The position numbers and the translations under genes are program-made. This document shows positions 38,653-51,400 of a stretch of 64,000 nucleotides of DNA, one piece after another. Where the stretch lies: IMG/VR virus record IMGVR_UViG_3300024252_000004, positions 1 to 64,000 of that record; one strand, 5' to 3'. Position 1 is the stretch's first letter. The number at the start of each line of letters is the position of its first letter. The notes under the pieces are model-generated. The model made no database searches. It saw nothing but the letters and a program-made list of their open reading frames with translations, and was not told where the DNA came from.

Positions 38653-39084
38653 ATGTCTTTTGATTTGAAAATTGTTGGCGGTGATATAGCTATCAGCACC
38701 AGCGGTGATGTAGATATTGTCTTTAACAATGCAAAAATGAAGCAAGACATCGTTAAAATCCTATTGACTAAGTTAGGCGACAACAGATATCATCCACAAT
38801 ATGGTAGTGACATAGGTGTTTTGCAGATAGGTAACGTAGCTGATGCGGAAATTTTAGAACTTGATCTACAAAGTTCCGCAGAAGAAGCAATTCGTAAGCT
38901 CATTTCGTTGCAGCGTCAGCAGTCCAAAAGACAGTTTTTATCTCCCGCAGAAGTAATTGTAGACATTGTTGATGTTTCTGTTGCCAGAGATATTAATGAT
39001 CCACGAGCTTGGAACATTTTTCTCTCGGTCTTAACACAAAAGCTCACAACTCTGACCGAAGCTGTTCAGCTTAGGATTATTTAA
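38653..39084 (+). CDS. Baseplate wedge protein, T4 gp25 / P2 gpW-like
   Basis: KQDIVKILLTKLG..RYHPQYGS motif; SD AGGGAG; directly before baseplate J-like gene. Confidence 0.85.
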   Translation: MSFDLKIVGGDIAISTSGDVDIVFNNAKMKQDIVKILLTKLGDNRYHPQYGSDIGVLQIGNVADAEILELDLQSSAEEAIRKLISLQRQQSKRQFLSPAEVIVDIVDVSVARDINDPRAWNIFLSVLTQKLTTLTEAVQLRII

Positions 39085-39094
39085 GGGAAGATAG

Positions 39095-42000
39095 ATGGCA
39101 AACCAGAGAACCTTCAGCCAAATTGTACAGTCAATGATGGAGAGGCTAAGACTAACACAGCCGAACTTGGACACAAAAAGCGGAACTGTTTCTAGAGATT
39201 TGTTTGTTGACATTCAGGCTGATGAATTTGACAGGCTCTATAAATCTATGAAGATTGTGTCTAACAAGCAAAGCCCGGAACTCGCAAGAGGCCGGGACAT
39301 TGATCGTTGGGCCCGTAACTATGGTTTGCTCAGAAAATCTGGAGCATTGGCTAACGGTATCGTGGTCTACACGACCAATGAGCTTAACTCTGATATCCCA
39401 ATTCCTAACAGTACAGTTAACACAGGAAAAAACGGTTATCAGTTTAAAACAATCGGCAGCTATGTTATGTCTGTCGCAGAGAAAAACAAATATGCTGCTA
39501 ATGCTAACAGGCTAAGATCTGCACTGAACCTTGCAGGCATTACAGATTCATTCGCGATTGAAGTCCCTGTCTCTGCCACAAGAGTTGGCACCAGTGGAAA
39601 CATCGCACCACTTCAGATTGTCAGTTCCGATCTTGCTGACGGGTTAAAGGTAGTTAACTTAGTATCCTTTAGCGGCGGAGCAAATTCAGAATCTGATGCA
39701 GCATTTAGAGCAAGGATCTTTGCTGTATTCAGTGGAGCTAACACGGGTACCGCATCGGGATATAGGAATGCCGCCCTCGGAACGAGTGGTGTCTTAGATT
39801 CCCTCGTCGTAAAACCAGGAAGCACTTTGATGCTTAGAGACGGCACAGAGACTATCGAAGTCAATGATGGCTCCTTTCGTATCCTTAACTCGGGAACAGG
39901 CGGAAAGGTAGACGTATATATCCTTGGTAAGAATCTTGAAGAAATCACTGAGTCTTATATCTACTCTGATTTGTCAGGAATCGGAGACCCTACAGATGAA
40001 AGGAATGATTATATCCCAGGACTGTTTGGTGTCGACAATTCTTTGACCTCAGAAGAGAGGAGAGTCCAAGCTTTCGAAGAAGGGAAAATTCCACTTCAGC
40101 CTGTGGATACCATTGTCTCTGTAGTTGGAAGTAGCTCAGGTATTTTTGCAGAAGCAATCATTGATGCTGACGGGAATCTCATAGGAAATTATGAACTTGT
40201 TAAAGATGAGAACGTAGAGACTGGCGGTAGTCCATTCGGGTTCGATAAAGTTAGATTCATTTCAAATATTAAAAACGTTGATGGTGAAAGCATTACTAAA
40301 TCTGCCATCAATAGTGTTGATGCGCTAAGATTCTCTGATGTTAAGCAGATTGAATCTGTTTATCAGGATGTGCAGATCTCCGGAGAGAATTCATCACGAG
40401 CACCCTCTGACAGATCAATCATTATTCTTAACCATACACCTATCGTCAGCGTGAGTCGAGTCTCTAACGTATCAACTGGAGAGGTTTATGCTATCGAGAA
40501 CCAGAACTTTGATTCCTCAGGTCTAAATGAGAGCGGAGAGATCTCGATCTCTGGTAAGACTCTGCCATCCAGAGCTGACGTTTTAAGTGTGGACTACACA
40601 TGGCGACACATGTTTGATAACTACATTGATTTCAATGGAGCAGAAATTGTTAGCATGTTCGAAGATGAGGACGTATCTGATTCGGTTGACTGGGGCGTTG
40701 GTAATGGAATCACAAATGAACTTTCAATAATCACACAGACAGATGATGGATTCGAATACACAATCGAAACAGATTTCTCAATCAGCAGAGTCCTTTCTGC
40801 ATTCTTTGCGGAAGAGGTTACTGCGACAGTAGCGTTGGTTGCTGACTCTGATGGTGTGGAGGTTAAGGGTCTTGAGCTTGAAGCTACAGACTCTGAAATT
40901 GATAACCTTATCTCCGTTACTGACAGTGATAAGGTAGAAGTCTATGACACTATTGATGCGAATGGAACCTTCTCAAGTAGGACTATTTACTTGCCTGACG
41001 ATACATCTGCCGTAGTAGGTGAGGAGCTTGTTGTCTTCTATAACAAGGTTGAGCTATTCGACATTGATGATGGAAATGGTTCATTCTCTGATACTACAAT
41101 TACCCTCCCATCTCAGGATATCTTGGAAGGCTCCAGCCTCTTTGACTCTGTTGATGAGGCATTCCTTTCCGAAGAGGATGTCTATGTTACATATGTAGCT
41201 GAGATTAACGAATTAATACCGACACTATCACTAACCTCGCTACCGATCAATGGAAGTGGTACGAGCAATGCACTGTTTGATTCCTCATTAACTTCCCTTG
41301 TAGGCAGTAACCAGCCTGTCTTCTTCGTTTACGATGAAGGTAGTGCAGTGATTGATATTTCAAGGTTTGGCCCTGCCAGGGTTGGAGTTGAAGTATCAGG
41401 CACAATCAAGCCGGGAAGAATTAAGGTAGTCGGAACTACCCTGAAGAGATATGAGCTAACCCTTACAGCAGGGCTGTCTATTTCCGGGCTCACCTTTGAT
41501 ATCGAGTCTGAATTAAAGGAACTTATGAATCTTTCATCTCTGCCAAGCTCATTGTTTGTAGCGAGAGTAGACAGCGTTGTAGGACTTGACTCAGATGTTG
41601 AATACGACTTGGCTGGTCAGCTATTAATGGATAACACTTATAGCTTTGGAGTAGCCGGACTTGATGATACTCTTGATGCGACAGAATTTACCCTTCCATC
41701 CACTGAGAACAATGACGAGATCAGTCTATCTAGTGGAGAAGAGGTTAAGGTTTCTGTTTTGATTGGAGACTCTAATGATTTCGAGACTCTATACTTCGGA
41801 GCAGACATGGAAGTAATCACAGACAAAAGATTCGCAAGGATTAGCACTGTTTCAGTATCATCTGGATTCAGAAGCTCTGCCGGAACTCTTGTTGGCACAG
41901 CAACTGTGACTCCGGTTAATCAACCAGATGATGGACTTACTTACAACGTAGTTTACAACTTTAAAGCTCCAACTGAAGGCGAAAGGATTTCCGTCAAGTA

Positions 42001-42406
42001 TAATCTGAATAGACTCGTAGGAACAGTGACAAGTAATATTGAAACTGTCCGACCAATCACCGCAGACGTTCTTGTGAAAGAAGCTTTCGAGATTGATATT
42101 GATGTTGCAGGAGAGATTGTCATCGCAAGTGATGCGGAGTCTGGAAGTCAGACCGTACTTGAGAATGTGATCAGCGCTGTAGTCAATCTTCTGAACACTT
42201 CATCCTTGGGCTCATCAATAGACTACTCTGATATCATTACGGTAGCAGCCGGAGTAACCGGAGTGGAGTCTGTAAATATTTCCCAATTCAATGAATCTGG
42301 AAAGCAGGGAAGAAAAACTTCTATCAGATCTTTGGACAACCAGAGTATCGTAGCGGGAAGCGTAAGCTTTACTGCCTCTTCAAGACAAGATTTTAGAATC
42401 ACTTAA
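39095..42406 (+). CDS. Baseplate J-like (gp6/gp47) wedge protein with large insertion
   Basis: RTFSQIVQSMMERL, GGANSESDAAFRARI, C-terminal IDYSDIITVAAGVTGVESV. Confidence 0.85.
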   Translation: MANQRTFSQIVQSMMERLRLTQPNLDTKSGTVSRDLFVDIQADEFDRLYKSMKIVSNKQSPELARGRDIDRWARNYGLLRKSGALANGIVVYTTNELNSDIPIPNSTVNTGKNGYQFKTIGSYVMSVAEKNKYAANANRLRSALNLAGITDSFAIEVPVSATRVGTSGNIAPLQIVSSDLADGLKVVNLVSFSGGANSESDAAFRARIFAVFSGANTGTASGYRNAALGTSGVLDSLVVKPGSTLMLRDGTETIEVNDGSFRILNSGTGGKVDVYILGKNLEEITESYIYSDLSGIGDPTDERNDYIPGLFGVDNSLTSEERRVQAFEEGKIPLQPVDTIVSVVGSSSGIFAEAIIDADGNLIGNYELVKDENVETGGSPFGFDKVRFISNIKNVDGESITKSAINSVDALRFSDVKQIESVYQDVQISGENSSRAPSDRSIIILNHTPIVSVSRVSNVSTGEVYAIENQNFDSSGLNESGEISISGKTLPSRADVLSVDYTWRHMFDNYIDFNGAEIVSMFEDEDVSDSVDWGVGNGITNELSIITQTDDGFEYTIETDFSISRVLSAFFAEEVTATVALVADSDGVEVKGLELEATDSEIDNLISVTDSDKVEVYDTIDANGTFSSRTIYLPDDTSAVVGEELVVFYNKVELFDIDDGNGSFSDTTITLPSQDILEGSSLFDSVDEAFLSEEDVYVTYVAEINELIPTLSLTSLPINGSGTSNALFDSSLTSLVGSNQPVFFVYDEGSAVIDISRFGPARVGVEVSGTIKPGRIKVVGTTLKRYELTLTAGLSISGLTFDIESELKELMNLSSLPSSLFVARVDSVVGLDSDVEYDLAGQLLMDNTYSFGVAGLDDTLDATEFTLPSTENNDEISLSSGEEVKVSVLIGDSNDFETLYFGADMEVITDKRFARISTVSVSSGFRSSAGTLVGTATVTPVNQPDDGLTYNVVYNFKAPTEGERISVKYNLNRLVGTVTSNIETVRPITADVLVKEAFEIDIDVAGEIVIASDAESGSQTVLENVISAVVNLLNTSSLGSSIDYSDIITVAAGVTGVESVNISQFNESGKQGRKTSIRSLDNQSIVAGSVSFTASSRQDFRIT

Positions 42407-42416
42407 TGGATAAACA

Positions 42417-45400
42417 ATGGCGTTAAGACCAGTAGCATTTTCAATACCGTCTACCACTGAACTAAAGGTAACATTCTCAGAGAACCTTTCTGAGTCTCTG
42501 TCCTCAATACATTTTGAGGTCGAGTCTCTTAGTGGATCAGTGCGCGATCTTGAAGTCACTGGCGTAACCATTGCAGGTTCTGTAGCTCTTATCAAGACAA
42601 GGCCACAAGTCGCAGGTAACTATTACCTCCTTAAGTTCCTTGACGCAACAGATCTCAACTTCATATCCAACAAAGGGTCCAGGCTCCTTGATGACTCAAT
42701 CTCACGAGAGCTATTCTTTGTTGGAATTGATAACGTCAATCCTATCCGAGACAGGATCTATAGAAGGATCCCTGACCTGTTTGAGCTTGAAGGCTCTATC
42801 CTTAAGAACATTCTTTCTGCTCAGGCAAATGAACTATTCAAAGCACAGAAAGATATCGGCTCTGTCCTCTCTAACAATTATGTTTCAGAGACAGTAGTTG
42901 ACGAGTTCAGGACAAGATCGGCTGGAGCTTTCGACAGAATGGCTAACGAGAACGTCTACGAGGTCGTAAGAATAAGCAAGAAGCTCACCGGTGAAAGTAT
43001 CAAAACTGATACCATTGAGTTCAGCAGCGATGTGTCCGCTCCAAGAATGGAGATCATGCCGGTTTACCCTGTGCCTCTTCAGCAGGTTATCATTGAAGAT
43101 GAAGAGATCACAGTTGACTCCGAAGGCAATAGCTTTGAGGGATACCTATTAAGTCTTGCAAAAAAGAATGTAACAAAGATCCTTTCCGTATTGCTCATTC
43201 GTAGTGATGACAATGAAGACTGCGATGGTGATATCGGAATCAATTATGATGTTGAAAGATACAAGTACGCCATCACAAGCAACAGATACGATCAGGATTA
43301 TGGTTTTAATTTGCACACTCTTGAGTCTAACCAGATTCTTCTGTCCGAGTTCGGCAACCTTCCGAGACCTACGATCTATGATACGATCATTGTAACTTAT
43401 GCGTACAAGGATCTTGGCAGGCATATCTTAATCGATCAGATTGAGGTGTCCAGAGTTGAAGATGCAATAAGCGAAGCTGTACCAAGTAGCGCAACCTCAT
43501 TCTTCCTTGATAATGCTCCGGTCGTTAACTCCTCAAACAATGTGGCTACCTCTGGCGCTCTTACCTTTAGTGTTAGCGAGAATGACGGAACAACTCCTGA
43601 TGAGTTTGTTACAGAGATTACATTTAATGCTTCAAGGCTTCCATCTTTCCCTGGAGAGTGGTCATGTGACTACGAAACCGGAGAAGTCTTTGTGTATGGT
43701 AAGACCATCAACACTGAGGGTACGGGAAGAAATAATTACATTGTCGATTACCTATACAGAAAAGAGTTCAAGGAAGACCTTGACTATTCTATTAGCGACC
43801 AAGACTTGGTTGCTACACCAGACAGAGAGCTTGCGAACAAAGAAGCAGAAATCTTTATTAGATATGACTACGTCTTTGCAGAAGGTACTGACTACGAGAT
43901 GTCGTCTCATATTGAGGTGATGCCAGAGTTTATGGAGAATAGGCTGAATACATCGTTCAGCGTTATTCCCCAACACACACCTGTGACTGATGTGTTCAGG
44001 ATTCTTAACCAGACAACTGGAGAACTATACACGCCCATGTATCACAGCGACTCTGAGATCTTTTTCGCGGGGAATAGATCTCCAGAGATTAAGTCTGCTG
44101 AGGGCGAGAAGGCTAATTTTCAGAGAGTCAGAAACGAAGAGCTTGGAGTAATCGGAGAGTTCATTGCTCCAACACACACTGCTAAGATCACATCTGTTGC
44201 ATCAAATAATAGCATTCAATTCTCCCCAGGAATTCCGAGCGAACTTATCTCTCAGAACTCCAACGAGTATTACTTTAGAGAGCTTGAGAATGATGACGGA
44301 GACTATGTCGCAGAAGATGTACAGATTAAATTCTTCGGTGATGAAGACTCAGGCGGATTGATTACATCCGTGGGCATCAATGTGTCTGCATCTCCGCCGA
44401 CCAGAGGCTCCACAGTTATCATTGGACCAAGAGCGTTCGTCATTCACCTTGACAACGAAGGCATCTTAAATAAAAATAGTGATGCTCTCGGCTCGCTCGT
44501 TAACACTTCCTTTGTCGCTACTGACAAGGATGTCTTCGAGAATGAAAGGTACTTTGAGCCTATCCTTGTGAACCCAGGCTTTAGCTCCACAACATCAGGT
44601 GGAATCAGCCAAGCACTCACAGCAGATAAAGGAACTGATTTCTACTCCAACCTCGAAAGATTGAGAGTTGTGGGAGACTACCTTGTCGATTACAGATACG
44701 GAATTGCCTATGTAGCTGTAGGTTTGGAACAGGATGTAAATGTATCTACAGCTCATTACGCTTACGCTACACATAAGACTGCCGGAAAGAATATTCTTAC
44801 AGCATCTTCTGTGGCAAAGAAGACTAATGGTCCAGAGGACTTAACTCTTGCAACAAAGGTTTACTCAAACTACGGCCATAATGTCTTCGAGATAACCATT
44901 CATGATATTGAAGATGGTCTAACTTTATACGACGGAGTTACTGAGGCAGTTGATCTTAATGATAACCTTGCTATAATCTGTGAGGTTAGAGAGGACTATA
45001 CAGTTGTGGTTCCTCATAACATCCTTGCGATCAATAGCATCTTTAAAAGATCAGATCTTGAAGGTGTTAATTTAAACGCGAGTGATGAGGCTGACCGCAG
45101 CCCTGGATACTCAGCGGAAGATTTAACAACTGCCACCAAGAACGGCGGAAGAAACCTTTGTGACTCATCTTTCTGCACCTTCACAGACAATGTAATTGAC
45201 CTTAAGAAAGTTGTTGAGAAAAGAGCGTACATGAATGCTGACGGTGATTTCGAGTTCACCATTCTTGATTCAGATGCGAACACATTTGTTAAGTGTGTAC
45301 GCTCATCTACGCAGCTTGAATTCTTCTCAGACGAACTGAACATTACCAAGGTCGATGATCTAGAGGTAGTTAGCGTGGCTCTTGACGGCAGCGAGGTTAC

Positions 45401-48400
45401 CGTCTACATTGATTCCTCCACCTCCATTGCTGATGTGGATTCTGACGGAGATTTTGTTCTTGATGAGAACGGATCTCGATTCACCATCACAGATGTTGAT
45501 AGCTTTACATCTATCATTACAGTTGCGTCTCCAGCAGTAAATAATGTTACTGCAATACTCCCTGCGGTTGGACCAGTAACGGTTGTGGTTAAGCCTACCG
45601 TTACAATTACTGATACTGGAATGACTATCATAATCCCATCAGATTCAGGGATAGCAAACGGCGAAAAATTTGAGGTTACATATCTGCCAGATGGTACTCC
45701 TGAGATTCTCAGCACCGTTGCTGTGGACTATCGTTACGGATTCCATTACTTTGATTACACATATCTCAATGACGAGATCGTTGTGTGGTATGAGTATGGT
45801 GACAACGCAATTGACTGGAGCATCTCTGATGCGCTGACGGAAGGCGAAGGTTACTTCATAACTTATAAGTTCGGTGCATTGAGACAGGCGTTGAGAGCTA
45901 ATTTCGGTAGCGTAACAGATATACCATTTTTCAAAAACTTCCCTGTTGAAGTAAATAGGGAACTATACAGAGATGCATTAAAAGGAACTCTACAGGCATT
46001 CCCCAAGGGACCTACCATTCCTGCGTTCACTGAGCTTGTTAAAGCATTCACAGACATTGAGCCTGACATCGATGAGCTTGCCTTCGGAAATTGGATTCTC
46101 GGAAGAGATTACGTAGACCCAGCAGACATTCATTATGATGGTGTCCTTGACTTCACTGATGGCAAATTTGATAGCGGGCTTGTATACAATGATGACGTGG
46201 TTACATCTGTACCTGCGATCTCAAGTTTGCCTCTCAATGAGGGAACATTGGAATGCTGGATTAGACCAGAGTGGTCAGGTGTTGCTAATGATGCGACGCT
46301 CACATTTGATCTTGATAATCTCGGAAGAGCCAAATTCGGTATTAATGCCAAGCAGAGCCCTTATGATGATGGGTTTGTAATCTACCCTACTGATGGAGCA
46401 GTTGGCGGGACAGATGTGACGGGACTTGGTACGACCATTTTTAATTTCAGGACTGATGATTCTCAAGCTTCAGGCTTTGACCAAAGCAGGTTCGGTATAT
46501 TTAAGGAACTTACTACGCTTACGCAGTTAACCCCATCTGATCTCAGAGCTACAATGAAGATTGATAGGTTTGGTTTAGTGATGGATACCCTCGTGACAGA
46601 CACAGTTCCCGATCCGGCAATCTTTAGATTAGCCTCCCTCCTTACTCTTGATGACAAGAGAGAGGTTGGCGTAGAGCTTGCTCTAAGTCCTGTTGATGGA
46701 TTCGAATATCTCGTATCAACTGTGACAATGGAAGATGAAGAGATTCCTAATTTTGATCCTCCTTACCAGACAAGGAAGTGCAAATGCTTCTTGCTCAATA
46801 CACAATCTGACCTTGCACGAATTAATGACCTTGAGATTGAAATTGATCTTGGTTCGGAATTCGAATTGGACAACGCACTTGACGACTACAAGGTTATCAC
46901 TGATGACAACTCTGTGCTTCTCGTAGGAGATAGCGCTGGATACTTCTATGAAGTTATTAAGCTTATAGACCACAATGACGATGAGGTCAAGACGATCAAA
47001 GGAGACTTTGAGAAACTTATCGTTAAGAGAATCGCGGTAAACAATCCGTCAGCTACAACCAACTGGACCGATGAGATCAATGGAACTCTACCCACAGGAA
47101 CTCTTTATCTCTATGTGAAGACTGTTCTTCCGACTATCAACGACGGAGACGATAGCTCTCTTGCTTTCTTAAGCGATGCGGGATTTGTTTACGACTGGTC
47201 AGACTACACAGAGTACAGAGTTAACAGAAGGCCCAGCGAGAACCTTGTCGATGTTCATATTGGAACTGCAAAAGTAACTTACTTCTACACAGATTTCCTC
47301 AAGGTGCAAACAGATACCAATGATCTTAATGGTGTACTCTTTGCCGCATTGGACCAGTCAGTATTATCTGAGTTCAGCGTGTTGAGACACAGAGGACATT
47401 ACGACAATATCTTTAACCTCTCTGATGTATATATTGGAGCAGCAGGTTACAGCCCAACCGTGCATCCTTTCGGTGTTAACAAGGAAGACTCACCCGACAG
47501 CCCTCTTGGTATTCCAAAGAATATTGAGACTGATGAAGGTATCTTTATCTGGTTTGACGAACTATGCACCAACCCATTCTCTGACGAGGCTGGACAGTGG
47601 GTCATGAGAGTTAGGGCTGACCGCTCTGTGCTCTGCCCAGATGATGTAATCGTAAATGGATACCAAGATTATCAAAACGTCTTCATCTCAGAAACTGTCA
47701 CAAAGAAAGTTGAGGGTGATATTTATACCAGCGGGGACTTTGGTTCCGTTGTTAGATCACATCGCGACGAAACACTCGGCGGTTGTGATGTTGGAGAGGT
47801 ATGCTCTGCAACCTTTAGGTACTGCGGCAATGAATTGCTCGAATCAAATGGTTGGTATAAGTTAGAAGAGACAAGCTCCGATCTTATCAATGTTGTGCTC
47901 TCAGGAACTCCAACTGACAGAGTTGAATGGGTTAAACATGGCGACTTTGATACTTCAGAGTCCAAAGGAATCTATAGAGCAGGACCATCCGCACATCTAT
48001 TTGACTGTGTAGAGGAAGAGTCTGTTCTTGGTAACATGCTATATACAAAGCTGCCATGTTCAGGTGGGGATGTAGAGTACACTGTATCAATGAAGGTTGA
48101 TACATATGCGGCCGTATCAGGAACTGAAGTCGGTTCATTCTCTGGCTTTGTCAGTGGCAACTTAACTGGTATCACTCCTATCCATATGAGCGATGGGGAC
48201 ATAAGCGTTAAGGTATCTCTTGGATTCAACTCTATTGGAGAAAACCTTGTGCTTGTTATCGATGGTGAGACTGACGACGTAGTTGATGTGATCTCCTATG
48301 TATGGGACGACTCATTGTTCCACGAGTACACCATTATCAAAACCGAGGCATCAGGTGTTCTAAATGTCTATGTCGATGACATCCTATTGTCTCAGATTTC

Positions 48401-51400
48401 TCTTTCAGATTTCTCTGAGCCGAGCGAGTTTGACACAGGCTCTATTTACTCACAGGAATTCCTGGCGCTGCATATTGCGGACGCTGATCTCGTAGATTCT
48501 GCTGACCTCCACGCAATTGGTTCCAACACGGTAGACGTAGATCTAATCTTCTTCTCTGGTAGCTACACCGAGGGACTTCCAAATCTTGAGTCCACAGATA
48601 TCTTCATCCATACCGATGATAGAATTCAATTCTCATTCTCGATTGACGAACTCGATGTAGATGGCTACGGGTATGGGGATGCATACGATGGCTACGGCGA
48701 CTTAGTATCTATTGATGAGGTATTCATCTCTTCAGACAGAAGAAGATACATCGCAGACTCAGGAATTAAGGATGGCGACAGAAGGTTCTCCATCTTCAAA
48801 GATGGTAAGGGATTCTTAAACTTCAGGGTTTACGATGAATCATTATTCAAAGGAAGAGACTCAACGTTCTTCAACGTTTCAACTAACATCAAGCACTTCG
48901 TTGCTGGTGACCTACATCATGTTGCTGCAAGTTGGAAGCTGAACAGCGTTGACGAGAAGGACGAGATGCACCTCTTTGTTGACGGACAAGAAGCATCCAA
49001 CATTTACAAATTCGGTGGAAAAATTCCTGTCGCAGTGAACGATAAGTTCTCTGACGTAAGCAAAGAATCTCTTCAGAACTTCTTAGTAAGAGACATTGAC
49101 TTCTGCCAGATCTTTACTGATGGTACGACGGTGGCATTGTCCAGCATCTTTACTTCAGTGTCAGCTACATTTACAGAAGATATGGTTGGCCGTAGCATCA
49201 TTGTTACAGGCTCCAGTCTTTACGATACATTAATTGGGCAGCAGCTTATCATTGCATCTTACATTGATGAAAATCGAGTAACTTTAGCAACAGGTTCTAA
49301 CCTTGAAACGGTTACCTTCGTAGCCTCTGCAAGTGATATCGAATTCAAATTCGCTCCAGTTGCCGGCATACGCTCAGACATCATGACAGATCTAAGGAAC
49401 AATAGGTTCGTCATCAAGCGTTCTGATGCGTCTGGAGATATCGAAGAGCTTGGTGGTATTCTATACACTGTTGATGGCACCACCATCGATATCATACAGG
49501 GCAGCAATGTCTACGAGCCTAAGTTCAGAGCTAATATTGATACAAGAATAATTGAGTTTGTTGGTAGGGATGAAGAGTGTAGCTATCTACAGACAGTCTT
49601 CCCGACTGATCTGGATGTGCATGTTGAGACTCTCGGGTTAAACCTTGAGAACTGCAAGTTTATAATTGAGGTACCTCACTCCACGTACAGTACGTCTGGA
49701 GATTATACAAGTGGCCTCAGCGTTCTCAGAACAAGAAGTTCTGAGCCTGTCTCTCTTGATGATGTACGCATCACAAAAGTTATCTTGCCAAGGACCGCCT
49801 TGGAGATCCTTGATGCTACAGAGATCGGAGACAATAAGTTCCTAACCACATTTGACGTAAGCCTCGACGAAGATACCCACAAGGTATCTTCTGAGTCCGG
49901 AAGAGTTATCCGTAGCCAAAACCTTGGTCGTCTGCTTGAACTTAGATTCGAGTCAGACAACGTGAACTTCTGCGACTATACACTTGATGACGGTTACCAG
50001 GATGGATACCAAGATGGTACGACCGGCACAATCACAATCTATGGCCAGACAATAGACGGCATAGATGAAGAGACATTCTTCATCGGACGCAATGGTTCCT
50101 ATTTCGGCAGAAAATACTTCATTGAAGTAACAAGCGTGGAAGGTACGCTTGAGGTTGTTGACGAAGATTACTTCGAGCTTGGAGTCATTGAGATTCGAGA
50201 GGCTAACCCAATTACTACCTCGGATAACAATGGTGATGCAGCGGACATTCTTTCTTATAGGAATGGGGCGTTCACCTTTGCTACAAGTGGTTCAAATGGA
50301 GGGTTCCCATTCGAACTCCATAAGGGATACTACTCAGTTGATTACCCAACTTTCCTAAGGATTGGTCTGCCACAAGTTGGAGACAGACTCTACATCGGTT
50401 CTGACTATGAAGAAGCTCAGCAATTTGGCGGAGCTATTGACGAGCTTAGAATCATCTCCGAGATGTCATCAGATACCAGGGTAACGGAGCGAGACACTAA
50501 TGGAACAAGAAGCGTTACAGAAGATTTCAACAAAAGCATTCCGTTCTGTCCAGACTCTCAGACTACAGCACTGCTTCATTTTAACGATCCAATCGATAAA
50601 CAGCTTAGAAAGCTAAGAAGCATCTCTTTCCTTAACGAGGAGGATAACTATTCTTTCAATCTTTCCAGAGCACAGATCGAGGAGCTACTTGAGTACGTCA
50701 ATGACGGAGAGAAATTCGTCCTTAAGATGATCAACATGGGCTTTGACGAAGACAATGCTGTGAAGACTTTCTATGAAGTTCACAGAGCAGAAGGTGGGCC
50801 GCTTTGGGACGACTCTAAATACTACAGAACATATGCAGAATACATCTCAAGCTCAAGCAGCGTGAACAACGACTTCGGTTACTCAGGATACTTCGTAGAC
50901 GGTAACTCTTTACTCAAGCTAAATGAAGCTGGTGAGTTCCGTCACAAAGAAGGAACTATTGAGTTCTGGGCAAGTCCTGTCATCGACACTACCGTTGATG
51001 CGGAGCGTAGGTATTTCGTAGATGTATCCTCAGCAAGTAGAGATAGAATTAAGTCAACCTCTTCAAGAGTAATTGATTTACCTAACAAGGCTAAGAATAT
51101 CGTCAGTGTTAAGCTGATTAGCTCAGCAAAGAGACTGGAGACATTCTACACCGAGAGCGAGAAGAGCAGAATCCTTTTTGATGAGATTGCTCGAAGCGAA
51201 ATCTCCGGCAGACTTGAGGGTGGCACCGGTTCTGATAAAGACTTTTCGGTAGGTGCAAAGCTATCTGCCAACGGATCAAAGGTACTCTTGGCGGAGTCCC
51301 TCCCGGGGCAGAAAGTTGATGTCATTGTGACATACATCCCGCTTGACTCTTCAGGAGATAGAGTATCTGTTTACAAGGATGAAAATGGATACATGACCTT

